From contig CAMDKI010000003.1 in assembly GCA_945901065.1 (NCBI GenBank), positions 369,640 to 433,639 on the forward strand: DNA of 64,000 nt, read 5' to 3'. This DNA comes from Chitinophaga pinensis. Its GTDB lineage: Bacteria > Bacteroidota > Bacteroidia > Chitinophagales > CAIOSU01. Below, piece after piece: positions 49,407 to 59,079 of this stretch (positions are counted from its first letter, which is position 1; every line of letters starts with the position of its first letter). The notes below the pieces were generated by a model, which was not told the origin of the DNA, searched no databases, and saw nothing but the letters and a program-made list of their open reading frames with translations. The translations under genes and the position numbers were made by a program.

Positions 49407-50078
49407 ATGAGCTCGTCACAGTTTAAACTATTGCTCCTTTTACAAATTGTAACCTTGTTCCTGGTAGGTATGTTGTTTTTCAAACCGTCGGCAGTTTCCA
49501 ATGTCGGAAAACCATTAAGCGGAATTCCGGTGAAGGGCATTGCTGGTAAAAATGTTGGAAAGGTAGCGTTTGGAGATAACTATGTTTTTGGTAGCCCTGA
49601 AGCCAAAAATGAGCTAGTTGTTTTTAGCAGATACAACTGCGGTTTCTGCCGCGACTTCTATAACGAGACTTTTGATAGCTTGAAAGTAAAATATGTACTA
49701 ACAGGTAAGTTGAAGATTGTTTTTATGGATAATGTAAACCCAACTGACCAGCAGGGCATGCTCATGGCGCAGGTTGCAGAGATTGGAAAGCAACTGGATT
49801 TATATGAGGCCATACAAACTCAATTGTACAAAGGCAATCAGCCAGAAGATTCTTTGGAAGTAATTGAAAGAGCGCTTTCGGTTGGAATGAACGAACAACA
49901 ATTAAAAGACCTACTCGGTAAAACTGAAACAACGGAAAGCGTTCTAAAAGATAACCTAGAAGTAGATCGCTTGCAGCTTACTGGTACCCCGTCATTTGTA
50001 ATTAATGGTAATATTATTGTTGGGTTTAAAGGATACCAAGAGTTTATAACTCAAATGGAGCAGTTTATGGTTCAATAA
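49407..50078 (+). CDS. Membrane-anchored DsbA-family thioredoxin
   Basis: N-terminal TM; GSPEA...CGFC; GTPSFVING cis-Pro loop. Confidence 0.85.
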   Translation: MSSSQFKLLLLLQIVTLFLVGMLFFKPSAVSNVGKPLSGIPVKGIAGKNVGKVAFGDNYVFGSPEAKNELVVFSRYNCGFCRDFYNETFDSLKVKYVLTGKLKIVFMDNVNPTDQQGMLMAQVAEIGKQLDLYEAIQTQLYKGNQPEDSLEVIERALSVGMNEQQLKDLLGKTETTESVLKDNLEVDRLQLTGTPSFVINGNIIVGFKGYQEFITQMEQFMVQ

Positions 50079-50244
50079 TCCCCGTTACTGCGGTTAGGCT
50101 ATTTCCGGCCTACAAATAAGCTAACCACTACTTGCAAACAAACACTTTGCACTCACTTTCGCGACCTAATGCGCTTTATGCGCGGCTGGTGCAATGCTGT
50201 GCCTTGGGCTTGAATAGAATGTGCAGAGAAGAACACGGTAAGTG

Positions 50245-50294
50245 CCGAGCTGGAAGCTCGCAGTTACTTAATCCTCGCTGGAAGCGAGGACTAG
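50245..50294. repeat. REP-like double-hairpin repeat, copy 2
   Basis: cgagc-tggaa-gctcg and tcctcgc-tggaa-gcgagga stems; 39/50 identical to 27003-27052. Confidence 0.75.
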
Positions 50295-50317
50295 TGCAAG
50301 CAGTTAATTGTTTGTTT

Positions 50318-50351
50318 CCATGGACTATCGACTGTTGACCATGGACCAAAC
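50318..50351 (-). repeat. RGTCNAY heptamer arm directly after the aguA stop
   Basis: Minus strand reads TAG gtttggtccatggtcaacagtcgatagtccatgg. Confidence 0.85.
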
Positions 50352-51392
50352 CTAAACCTCAGGCTCTTGCTGGCTTAAGCAGTGGAAACTACCCAGGCCC
50401 CAAATGAGGTCGGTGCTATCTAAGCCCACCACCTTGCGGGTCGGGAACACGGATTGGATAATGTCCAATGCCTTGTCGTCGTTCTTGTCTTGAAAAGTAG
50501 GTACTATCACGTGTTGGTTGGCAATATAGAAGTTGGCGTAGCTAGCAGGCAGCGGCTGGTCTTCGAATATTACGGGTGCTGGCATCGGTAGCTCCACCAC
50601 GTTTAGTTGCTTTCCATCTTGCAGACGCAGGGTATTTAGCAAGTGCAAGTTTTCTTGCAGCGGCTCGTAGTTTACATCGGCCTTGTTGTGCTCTACTACC
50701 GTCACTACCGTATCGTGGTTTACAAAGCGGGTAAGGTCGTCAATGTGACCATCGGTATCGTCGCCATCAATGCCATCGCCCAGCCAAAGGAAGTGCTTCG
50801 CGCCATAGTAATCGTGCAAGTACTGCTCTATTTGGCCTTGGTTAAGGTTCGGGTTACGGTTGGGGTTTAGCAAACAAGCCTTGGTAGTCATCAAGGTACC
50901 TTTGCCGTTAAACTCCACCGAGCCGCCTTCCATTACTATTCCTGGGTTGAACACTTGCAGACCCAGCTTTTCGCCAATCAAGGTTGGTATCACATCGTCC
51001 AAGTCGTAGGGTGGGTACTTATCGCCCCAAGCGTTGTAGCCCCAGTCAACAATGGCTTTTTGCTTCTTTTCGTAGTTCACCACAAAGGCTGGGCCGTGGT
51101 CGCGGCACCAAGCATCGTTGGTAGGGTGCATAAAGAAGTCGATTTGAGCCATATTGGCACCCACGGCGTTCAAATGCTTTTCGGCAAAGGTTTTCATAAC
51201 GGCATCGGCTACGTTTATGCACACGCGCTGCCCTTCGGCAACTATCTTAATAAACTGCGCATACACCGGAAAAATGGTGTCGATTTTGCCCGGCCAACTA
51301 GCCTCTTTGTGCGGCCATGATAGCCACATGGCGCGTTGTGGGGCAAACTCTGCCGGAAAATGTAACCCTAAGCTGCGTGGAGTATTCATCAA
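50352..51392 (-). CDS. aguA: Agmatine deiminase (peptidyl-arginine deiminase family)
   Basis: PAEF, DAWCRDHGP, EGGS, DDTDGHID, ASYANF and GSFHCLSQQ motifs. Confidence 0.92.
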   Translation of the reverse strand: MMNTPRSLGLHFPAEFAPQRAMWLSWPHKEASWPGKIDTIFPVYAQFIKIVAEGQRVCINVADAVMKTFAEKHLNAVGANMAQIDFFMHPTNDAWCRDHGPAFVVNYEKKQKAIVDWGYNAWGDKYPPYDLDDVIPTLIGEKLGLQVFNPGIVMEGGSVEFNGKGTLMTTKACLLNPNRNPNLNQGQIEQYLHDYYGAKHFLWLGDGIDGDDTDGHIDDLTRFVNHDTVVTVVEHNKADVNYEPLQENLHLLNTLRLQDGKQLNVVELPMPAPVIFEDQPLPASYANFYIANQHVIVPTFQDKNDDKALDIIQSVFPTRKVVGLDSTDLIWGLGSFHCLSQQEPEV

Positions 51393-52264
51393 TCTTCGTC
51401 GATAAAGCGTTTGGTAATGGGTTGGTATGTTTCAATGCGCCTATCGCGAAGGAAAGGCCAGTGTGTGCGGTATTGGTCGCTTTTGGCTTTGTCAATTTCT
51501 ACCACCACGGTTTCTTCTTTTTCATGGTCGGCCAAGTAAAGCAGGCTGCCAAAGGCATTGCTCACGAAACTACCGCCCCAAAATTTCATGGCACCGTTTT
51601 GCTCAAAGCCCACGCGGTTTACGCTCACCACGGGTACGCCGTTGGCTACACTGTGGCTGCGCTGTATGGTTTGCCACGCATTGTACTGCTCTTTGTTGGT
51701 TGCTTCGTCTTGGCTGGTTGCCCAACCAATAGCGGTAGGGTAAAACAGTATTTCGGCACCCATCAAGCTGGTAATTCGGGCCGCTTCGGGGTACCATTGG
51801 TCCCAGCAGATAAGCACACCCAGTTTGCCAAATTTGGTATTGAACACCTTGTAGCCCAAGTCGCCAGGCGTGAAGTAAAACTTCTCGTAAAAAGCGGGGT
51901 CGTCGGGTATGTGCATTTTGCGGTATTTGCCCAAATAGGCTCCGTCGGCATCTAATACAGCGGTGGTGTTGTGGTATAAGCCCTCGGCACGTTTCTCAAA
52001 CAACGAGGCAATAATAACCACGCCCAACTCTTTGGCCAATGCACCTAAAGTATCGGTAGTGGCTCCGGGTATGGCTTCGGCCAGTTTAAAGTTGTCGTAG
52101 TTTTCCTCGTCGCAGAAATAGAGCGAGCGGAACAACTCTTGCAAACAAACGATTTGCGCGCCTTTGGCGGCGGCTACTCGTATTTCGCGAATGGCTTTCT
52201 CGGTATTCTCCTTTGGGTTGGCCGAGCAGCTCATTTGCACCAGTCCAATTTGTACTTTTGTCAT
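51389..52264 (-). CDS. aguB: N-carbamoylputrescine amidase (carbon-nitrogen hydrolase)
   Basis: LQELF, YRKMHIPDDP..YEKFYF and ICWDQWYPE; ATG at 52264 lies downstream of the promoter. Confidence 0.88.
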   Translation of the reverse strand: MTKVQIGLVQMSCSANPKENTEKAIREIRVAAAKGAQIVCLQELFRSLYFCDEENYDNFKLAEAIPGATTDTLGALAKELGVVIIASLFEKRAEGLYHNTTAVLDADGAYLGKYRKMHIPDDPAFYEKFYFTPGDLGYKVFNTKFGKLGVLICWDQWYPEAARITSLMGAEILFYPTAIGWATSQDEATNKEQYNAWQTIQRSHSVANGVPVVSVNRVGFEQNGAMKFWGGSFVSNAFGSLLYLADHEKEETVVVEIDKAKSDQYRTHWPFLRDRRIETYQPITKRFIDED

Positions 52265-52272
52265 AGTGGGGG

Positions 52273-52280
52273 CAAAGTTA
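52273..52280 (-). promoter_or_regulatory. -7 promoter element for aguBA
   Basis: TAACTTTG on the minus strand. Confidence 0.6.
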
Positions 52281-52466
52281 TGATTTTCTGTAGATTTAGG
52301 ATTTCGCGTTGTTAAAATCGTTTGGCTGATTTCCATTCGGATGGTGCATTGGTCTAATATTTAACTTTTCATCGGCAAACGTATATTAATTCCAATCTTT
52401 CTATTAGGGGATATCCGTATCTTTACCATCAATGAAAAAGCATTCTTGGGGGAATGATTTTGGATT

Positions 52467-53528
52467 ATGAAGAAAGTTAAGGAAGTATACGAGGCACTTG
52501 AGGTATGCACCGACGACGGACAACGATTGAACTTACTGTTTAGCCTTGCTACCCATCTGCTCAATTTTGATGATAAACGGAGCTTGGAGGTAGCAGAGCA
52601 AATACGTGAACTCTCGGAGCAAATAGGTAGCCATTTAGGCCGTTCTTACTACCACTCTGCCAAGGCTAGGGTATTTTATAAGCGGAGCCTGTTTTATGAG
52701 GCTACTGATGAGTTTCAGAAAGCGCTGGATGCCGCCATGCTTAGCAGCAACCTTACGCAACAGGCCATTTGTTTGGATAGCTTGGGTATTGCCTTTAGAT
52801 TCCAGAAACGGTACAGAGAGTCGGAAGACTGCTCGCTTAAAGCCCTGCAAATACTCAATAGTCTTGAGAAATCAATAGGGTATACGGCTACCTGCTACAA
52901 CAACCTAGGCAGCCTATACCAAGACCAAGAAGAATACGACAAAGCCACTGAGTGCTTTAACAAAGGGCTAGCAATTGCACAGCAGCACCATGATGAAAGA
53001 ATGGCCGCCAACCTGCTGAATAACTTAAGCGGAATTGGTATTTTGACCCACCAATACACCGAAGGGCTAGCATATGCCAACCAGGCTTTAAGCATTTTTA
53101 AGAGCATGAACCACAAACATGGTGAAGTGCATGCCACCGTGCTAATGGGCTTATGTTATTTGCGGTTGGGCAATCACGCAACGGCTATGGATTGCTTTTT
53201 GAGCGGACTTAAACAGCTTAAAAACGTTGACCACAAATTGATTGAAGTGCAGGCCTACAAAGGCTTGGGTGAGGTTTATGCCGCATTGCTTGCATACCCC
53301 GAAGCCAACAAAAACTATAGTAAGGCCATTGCCATCGGCATTAAGGCACACGACTATGGCGAGGTGTGTACCATATTGCAACTACAGGCCAAAATGCAAC
53401 TGGCAGCCAACGACCTGAAAGCTGCAAAAACCACCTTGACAAAGGCCAGAACCATAGCCGCAGAGCAAAACTTGTCCAAACAGTTGGCCCCACTAAACGA
53501 ACTAGCCGCAACCATAGGGTTGCCATAA
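52467..53528 (+). CDS. Tetratricopeptide repeat protein
   Basis: Repeated ~40-aa helical units (CYNNLGSLY...A..CFNKGL, NLLNNLS, AYKGLGEVY). Confidence 0.82.
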   Translation: MKKVKEVYEALEVCTDDGQRLNLLFSLATHLLNFDDKRSLEVAEQIRELSEQIGSHLGRSYYHSAKARVFYKRSLFYEATDEFQKALDAAMLSSNLTQQAICLDSLGIAFRFQKRYRESEDCSLKALQILNSLEKSIGYTATCYNNLGSLYQDQEEYDKATECFNKGLAIAQQHHDERMAANLLNNLSGIGILTHQYTEGLAYANQALSIFKSMNHKHGEVHATVLMGLCYLRLGNHATAMDCFLSGLKQLKNVDHKLIEVQAYKGLGEVYAALLAYPEANKNYSKAIAIGIKAHDYGEVCTILQLQAKMQLAANDLKAAKTTLTKARTIAAEQNLSKQLAPLNELAATIGLP

Positions 53529-53578
53529 GGCTTTGAACAAAGGCAGCTTTCAGTTGTCTTGTTTTTAAATATGATTGT

Positions 53579-54049
53579 ATGAAATCTGCACTTAAGATAA
53601 CCATTGCCGTAGTTGTTTGTTTGGCCATTGGCGGCCTATCGGGCTTTGCTACTACCAATGCTATTACGGGATGGTATGCCACCATTACCAAACCATCGTT
53701 TAACCCACCTAATTGGATATTCGGCCCAGTATGGACGGCACTCTACATTATGATGGGCGTTGCCGCGGGTCTGGTTTGGAAAGCAGGTTGGGATAAGAAA
53801 GACGTGAGAACGGCATTGGTTATTTTCGGTATTCAGTTGCTGCTCAATGGCCTATGGTCGCTCATCTTTTTTGCCTGGGAAAGTCCTCGTTGGGCCTTGG
53901 TAGAGATACTGGTACTGCTAGTTTTTATCCTTTTCACTATAGTTAGCTTCAGGCGCGTTAGTATTGTAGCGGCCTATTTGCTAGTGCCCTACCTGCTCTG
54001 GGTGAGCTTTGCCACCTTGCTTAATGCTAGCATTTGGTGGTTGAATTAA
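53579..54049 (+). CDS. tspO: TspO/MBR family protein
   Basis: WY...KPSFNPP.WIFGPVWT; LVPYLLWVSFATLLN. Confidence 0.92.
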   Translation: MKSALKITIAVVVCLAIGGLSGFATTNAITGWYATITKPSFNPPNWIFGPVWTALYIMMGVAAGLVWKAGWDKKDVRTALVIFGIQLLLNGLWSLIFFAWESPRWALVEILVLLVFILFTIVSFRRVSIVAAYLLVPYLLWVSFATLLNASIWWLN

Positions 54050-54085
54050 AAAAAGCGGCAACCCACCTAAATGGATTGCCGCTTT
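54049..54085. terminator. Bidirectional terminator between tspO and msrA
   Basis: aaagcggcaaccca-cctaaa-tggattgccgcttt. Confidence 0.75.
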
Positions 54086-54109
54086 GGATGCGTAATTAAC
54101 GTTTAAAGA

Positions 54110-54760
54110 TTACTTCAATTTATCTTTAAACACTTCCCTAAATTTTTCCAGCTTCGGCACTATCACTGCACGGCAATAAGGCTGGTTGCCATTGAGGTTG
54201 TAATAATTCTGGTGATAATCTTCCGCTTTGTAAAAGTTCGTAAAAGCAGTTATCTCCGTTACTATCGGGTTGCTCCAAATACCAGCTTTGTCCAACTTGG
54301 CTTTATATTCTTCCGCCAGTTTTTGTTGCTCCTCATCATGGAAAAACACTGCCGAGCGGTATTGGGTGCCCACATCGGCGCCTTGGCGGTTGAGGGTAGT
54401 GGGGTCGTGGGTTTTCCAGAACACTTCCAACAGCTCCTCAAAGGTAATCACGGCCGGGTCATAGGTTATTTGTATCACTTCGGCATGGCCCGTGGTGCCT
54501 GCACTTACCTCACGGTAGCTCGGGTTTTTTATTTTGCCGCCGCTATAGCCGCTTTCTACTTTACTTACGCCTTTCAATTCTAGGAAAATGGCTTCGGTGC
54601 ACCAAAAGCACCCGTTGCCAAATGTTGCAATTTTCATATTGGGGGGTATGGGGGTTTGTACGGTTTCGGGTAATTGGTTATCGGCATTACTGCTACTGCA
54701 AGCCATAAAAAGGCCAGCAAAAGTAAGTAAGCCAGCCATTAGCGCAAGTGGTTTCATCAT
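54110..54760 (-). CDS. msrA: Peptide-methionine (S)-S-oxide reductase, lipoprotein
   Basis: GCFWC, GHAEV, HDPT and AEDYHQNY motifs; lipobox FMAC. Confidence 0.95.
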   Translation of the reverse strand: MMKPLALMAGLLTFAGLFMACSSSNADNQLPETVQTPIPPNMKIATFGNGCFWCTEAIFLELKGVSKVESGYSGGKIKNPSYREVSAGTTGHAEVIQITYDPAVITFEELLEVFWKTHDPTTLNRQGADVGTQYRSAVFFHDEEQQKLAEEYKAKLDKAGIWSNPIVTEITAFTNFYKAEDYHQNYYNLNGNQPYCRAVIVPKLEKFREVFKDKLK

Positions 54761-54854
54761 ATTTTAGATGTTTATTCATACCATTAACAAATCTTTGCCT
54801 AGGTAGTTCAATTGTGGGTTGGCAGTAAGCTAGGCAATAACTAATTTTAACACC

Positions 54855-55466
54855 ATGAAGATATTTTGTGTAGGCCGCAACTATGTTGACCACGCCAAGG
54901 AACTGAACAACCCCCTGCCACAGCAGCCAGTGGTATTTACCAAGCCCCCAACGGCAGTTATCCGCAATGGGCAAGATTTTTATATTCCCGATTTCTCGAA
55001 AAACGTACACTACGAGGGCGAGCTGGTTATCCGCATTGGCAAAAACGGCAAAAACATTGCCGAGAAGTTTGCCCAAAAATATGTGGATGCCATTACGTTT
55101 GGCCTCGATTTTACGGCTCGCGACCTGCAAGACTACCTTAAGGAAAACAAGCTGCCCTGGGACTTGGCAAAGGGCTTCGACGGCTCGGCGGCGGTGGGCG
55201 ATTGGTTGCCCATCGACCAGTTCCCGAACCTGCACGATATCAGTTTCCGCACCGTGCTCAATGGCGAAACCGTGCAAAACGGCAATAGCAGCTTGATGAT
55301 GTTCAACATCGAGAAGATAATTTCATTTGTAAGCCACTACTTTACCCTACAAGTTGGTGATCTACTCTACACTGGCACCCCCGCTGGCGTTGGCGCCCTC
55401 AAAGCCGGCGACGTGCTGGAAGGGTATATTGGGGAGGAGAAATTGTTGAGGACGGTGGTGAAGTAG
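54855..55466 (+). CDS. Fumarylacetoacetate hydrolase family protein
   Basis: CVGRNY..H..E, HYEGEL, DFTARDLQ, KGFD and TGTPAGVG motifs. Confidence 0.92.
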   Translation: MKIFCVGRNYVDHAKELNNPLPQQPVVFTKPPTAVIRNGQDFYIPDFSKNVHYEGELVIRIGKNGKNIAEKFAQKYVDAITFGLDFTARDLQDYLKENKLPWDLAKGFDGSAAVGDWLPIDQFPNLHDISFRTVLNGETVQNGNSSLMMFNIEKIISFVSHYFTLQVGDLLYTGTPAGVGALKAGDVLEGYIGEEKLLRTVVK

Positions 55467-55933
55467 GTTTAGTCGATGGTCGATAGTCCATGGATGGTGC
55501 AGAACCCCCACTAGCGCGAAAGTTACTTTCGTGTTGTTGGAGCTTGGTTCCAATATATTGAGCCTAGCACCTACGCCCCCAAGAACTTCAACAACTCATA
55601 CACCAAAAACCCCGGCCAAACGCAGGCTTTCAAAAAGCCCACCACGCCCGTCCAAAAGCCCTCGGCTAGCTGTATGTAGTATATGGCAGCACCTACAAAG
55701 GCCGCAAAGTAAAGGAAAGAAGGCTCCCGAACGATAACCTTCTCTTTGTATTTCATCTGCATAAGGCGTTGGGTTGGTATCCATCAAAAGTACGATTGTG
55801 GAAACAAGCTCCCAATGATAACGGATATGGATAAATATGATTTATGTCAATTCTCAAATTGCTTTCTTCTTTTTACCCATAGTCAGATAACGCAATTGCG
55901 GCACCATGGACCATCGACTATGGACTATTGACT
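55467..55933. repeat. Inverted heptamer arms (55467-55493 and 55904-55933) enclosing a small ORF
   Basis: gttt-agtcgat-ggtcgat-agtccat-gg ... cc-atggacc-atcgact-atggact-attgact. Confidence 0.85.
55571..55762 (-). CDS. Small hypothetical membrane protein (~60 aa)
   Basis: FVGAAIYYIQ...FW.GVVGFLKACVWPGFLVYELLKFLG, two-helix hydrophobic pattern. Confidence 0.65.
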   Translation of the reverse strand: MQMKYKEKVIVREPSFLYFAAFVGAAIYYIQLAEGFWTGVVGFLKACVWPGFLVYELLKFLGA

Positions 55934-55943
55934 GATTTTATCG

Positions 55944-55951
55944 TAATTTTG
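55944..55951 (+). promoter_or_regulatory. -7 promoter element for lysS
   Basis: TAATTTTG, 28 nt before the ATG. Confidence 0.55.
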
Positions 55952-55979
55952 CCCTCTAATTTTTACAACAAACCGTTAC

Positions 55980-57536
55980 ATGAGCCAGCAAATACTGAAC
56001 GAGCAAGAGGTTATCCGCCGGGAATCGTTAACCAAACTGCGCGAATTGGGCATTGAGCCTTATCCAGCAGCATTATTCCCCGTTAATGCTTTGGCCAAGG
56101 ATATAAAGCAAACCTATGCTGATGGCCTGCAACAGCGCGATATACTGATTAATGAGTTGCTGGAAGGTAAGCGTGTAAACGTGGTATTGGCTGGCCGCCT
56201 CATGAGCCGCCGCATAATGGGCAAGGCATCGTTTGCCGAGCTGCAAGACAGTAGCGGCCGCATACAGATATACCTTAACCGCGACGAGATTTGCCCCGGC
56301 GAAGACAAAGAACTTTATAATACCGTGTTCAAGAAACTATTGGACATTGGCGATTTTATCGGGATTAAAGGCTACGTATTTGTTACCCAAGTGGGCGAAA
56401 TAAGCGTGCACGTGGAGGAAATGACCGTATTGGCCAAAAGCCTGCGCCCACTGCCAGTAGTAAAGAAAGACGAAGACGGAAACGTATACGATGCCTTTGC
56501 CGACACCGAGCTGCGCTACCGCATGCGCTATGTCGATTTGGTAGTGAACGAGCAGGTGCGCGAAACCTTCTTGAAACGCACCAAGCTCATGAACACCATG
56601 CGCCAGTTTTTCAACGACCATGGCTACCTAGAGGTGGAAACGCCCGTGCTACAAAGCATACCCGGTGGTGCTGCGGCCCGCCCGTTTATTACCCACCACA
56701 ATGCCTTGGATATACCGCTATACCTGCGCATTGCCAACGAATTATACCTCAAGCGCCTCATTGTAGGCGGCTTTGACGGCGTGTACGAGTTCAGCAAAAA
56801 CTTCCGCAACGAGGGTATGGACCGCACCCACAACCCCGAGTTTACCGTAATGGAGATATATGTAGCCTACAAAGACTACAACTGGATGATGGCCTTTACC
56901 GAGCAAATGCTCGAGAAAATAGCCACCGAGCTGCACGGCACCACCCAAGTGCCGTTTGGCGATACCACCCTCAACTACGCCGCCCCTTACCCGCGCGTAA
57001 CCATGTACGAGGCCATTGAGCGCTTCACGGGCGTTGATATTAGCAGCATGGACGAGGCCCAACTGCGCGTAACCTGCCGCCAGCAAGGCGTAGAGGTTGA
57101 CGAAACCATGGGCCGCGGCAAACTCATTGATGAGCTGTTTGGCGCTAAGTGCGAAGGCAATTTCATACAGCCTACCTTTATTACCGATTTCCCGGTGGAG
57201 ATGTCGCCGCTGTGCAAAAAGCACCGCACCAACCCACAGTTGGCCGAGCGCTTTGAGCTGATGGTAAACGGCAAGGAAGTGGCCAACGCCTACAGCGAGC
57301 TCAACGACCCCATCGACCAGCGCGAGCGTTTCCTAGAGCAAATGCGCCTGGCCGACCGAGGCGACGATGAGGCCATGACCATTGACCACGACTTTTTGCG
57401 GGCCCTGGAGTACGGCATGCCGCCCACCTCGGGCCTCGGCATTGGCATTGATAGGCTTACCATGTTCATGACCAACCAAAATACCATACAAGAGGTACTC
57501 TTCTTTCCTCAGATGAGGCCGGAGAAAACCATATAA
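55980..57536 (+). CDS. lysS: Lysine--tRNA ligase (class II)
   Basis: [30 protein letters not shown] and [16 protein letters not shown] motifs. Confidence 0.97.
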   Translation: MSQQILNEQEVIRRESLTKLRELGIEPYPAALFPVNALAKDIKQTYADGLQQRDILINELLEGKRVNVVLAGRLMSRRIMGKASFAELQDSSGRIQIYLNRDEICPGEDKELYNTVFKKLLDIGDFIGIKGYVFVTQVGEISVHVEEMTVLAKSLRPLPVVKKDEDGNVYDAFADTELRYRMRYVDLVVNEQVRETFLKRTKLMNTMRQFFNDHGYLEVETPVLQSIPGGAAARPFITHHNALDIPLYLRIANELYLKRLIVGGFDGVYEFSKNFRNEGMDRTHNPEFTVMEIYVAYKDYNWMMAFTEQMLEKIATELHGTTQVPFGDTTLNYAAPYPRVTMYEAIERFTGVDISSMDEAQLRVTCRQQGVEVDETMGRGKLIDELFGAKCEGNFIQPTFITDFPVEMSPLCKKHRTNPQLAERFELMVNGKEVANAYSELNDPIDQRERFLEQMRLADRGDDEAMTIDHDFLRALEYGMPPTSGLGIGIDRLTMFMTNQNTIQEVLFFPQMRPEKTI

Positions 57537-57645
57537 TTGTGATAGCTTTATCTCTATCAATTAAAATCAAATATTGACGGCAATCCCAAAGCCTTTTCTT
57601 AAATTTGGGCAACAATTCAACTTTACCCTTTAACAATTACATATC

Positions 57646-58902
57646 ATGCCCTATTTGTTTACCTCTGAGTCGGTTTCGGAAGGACATCCGGACAAAGTAT
57701 CCGACCAAATATCAGATGCATTGATTGATAACTTCTTGGCTTTCGACCCAGAGTCGAAGGTAGCTTGCGAAACCTTGTGTACCACTGGTTTGGTGGTGTT
57801 GGCCGGCGAAGTAAAATCGACCGTATACCTGGATGTGCAAACTATTGCCCGCGATGTGATCAAGAAAATTGGTTACACCAAGAGCGAGTATATGTTTGAG
57901 GCCAATAGCTGCGGCATTATCTCTGCCATTCACGAGCAATCGAGCGACATTAACCAAGGCGTTGACAAAAAGAACAAGGAAGAGCAAGGTGCTGGCGACC
58001 AAGGTATGATGTTTGGCTACGCTACCAAAGATACCGACAACTACATGCCGTTGCCTTTGGACATTGCCCACCAACTATTGATTGAGTTGGCCGAGCTTCG
58101 CCGCGAAAACAAAAAGATAAAGTACCTACGCCCTGATAGCAAGAGCCAGGTAACTATTGAGTATAGCGACGACAACACGCCTATCCGCATTGATGCCATT
58201 GTACTTTCTACGCAGCACGACGATTTCGATAGCGAGAAGAAGATGCAAAAGCAGATTGAGGATGATGTAATCAACATCTTGATTCCGCGCGTAATGAAGA
58301 AATTCCCTAAGCGTGTACAGAAGTTGTTTGATGACAAAATTACGTACCACGTAAACCCAACCGGCAAGTTCGTTATCGGCGGTCCGCATGGCGATACTGG
58401 CCTTACTGGTCGTAAAATTATAGTTGATACCTACGGTGGCAAAGGCGCCCACGGTGGTGGTGCATTCAGCGGCAAAGACCCTTCGAAAGTTGACCGCAGC
58501 GCAGCCTATGCTACACGCCACATTGCCAAAAACTTAGTAGCTGCAGGTGTAGCCGACGAGGTTTTGGTGCAGGTATCGTATGCTATTGGTGTTGCTAAGC
58601 CTATGGGTATTTATGTAAATACTTACGGCACAGGCCGTGTAGGTTTGAACGATGGCGAGATTGCGAAGATTGTAGAGAAGGTGTTTGATATGCGCCCTTA
58701 TGCTATTGAGCAACGCTTGAAACTACGCACGCCAATGTATAGCGAAACCGCAGCTTATGGCCACATGGGTCGCAAAAACGAAGAGGTAACCAAAACCTTT
58801 ACCCTACCTAGCGGCGAAACCAAGAAAATGAAAGTAGAGTTGTTTACTTGGGAGAAACTTGATTTTGTAGATGCCGTAAAGGAAGCTTTCGGTATTAAGT
58901 AA
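57646..58902 (+). CDS. metK: S-adenosylmethionine synthetase
   Basis: [19 protein letters not shown] and GGGAFSGKD motifs. Confidence 0.97.
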   Translation: MPYLFTSESVSEGHPDKVSDQISDALIDNFLAFDPESKVACETLCTTGLVVLAGEVKSTVYLDVQTIARDVIKKIGYTKSEYMFEANSCGIISAIHEQSSDINQGVDKKNKEEQGAGDQGMMFGYATKDTDNYMPLPLDIAHQLLIELAELRRENKKIKYLRPDSKSQVTIEYSDDNTPIRIDAIVLSTQHDDFDSEKKMQKQIEDDVINILIPRVMKKFPKRVQKLFDDKITYHVNPTGKFVIGGPHGDTGLTGRKIIVDTYGGKGAHGGGAFSGKDPSKVDRSAAYATRHIAKNLVAAGVADEVLVQVSYAIGVAKPMGIYVNTYGTGRVGLNDGEIAKIVEKVFDMRPYAIEQRLKLRTPMYSETAAYGHMGRKNEEVTKTFTLPSGETKKMKVELFTWEKLDFVDAVKEAFGIK

Positions 58903-58920
58903 GCATACAAGTATAGATAT

Positions 58921-58963
58921 AAACGCCCCATCTCGTTTTGAACGAGATGGGGCGTTTTGTTTT
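58921..58963 (+). terminator. Rho-independent terminator
   Basis: aaacgccccatctcgtt-ttg-aacgagatggggcgttt. Confidence 0.88.
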
Positions 58964-59026
58964 AGGTTATCAATGGTTTTCTTCAAACAGCTCTGCCTCT
59001 AATAGGCCGCATGGGCACAGCAAAAC

Positions 59027-59054
59027 AAAAGGGCCGCAAACATTTGCGGCCCTT
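59027..59054 (-). terminator. Terminator for the DUF885 gene
   Basis: aagggccgcaaa-ca-tttgcggccctt with an A-run on the + side. Confidence 0.75.
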
Positions 59055-59079
59055 GGTTATACTTGCTTGAATAAGGTTT

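Noticed and set aside
57537-57645. SAM riboswitch upstream of metK
   Set aside because: The likely -7 element (TAAATTTG, 57600-57607) leaves a leader of about 30-40 nt, and no recognisable aptamer is present.
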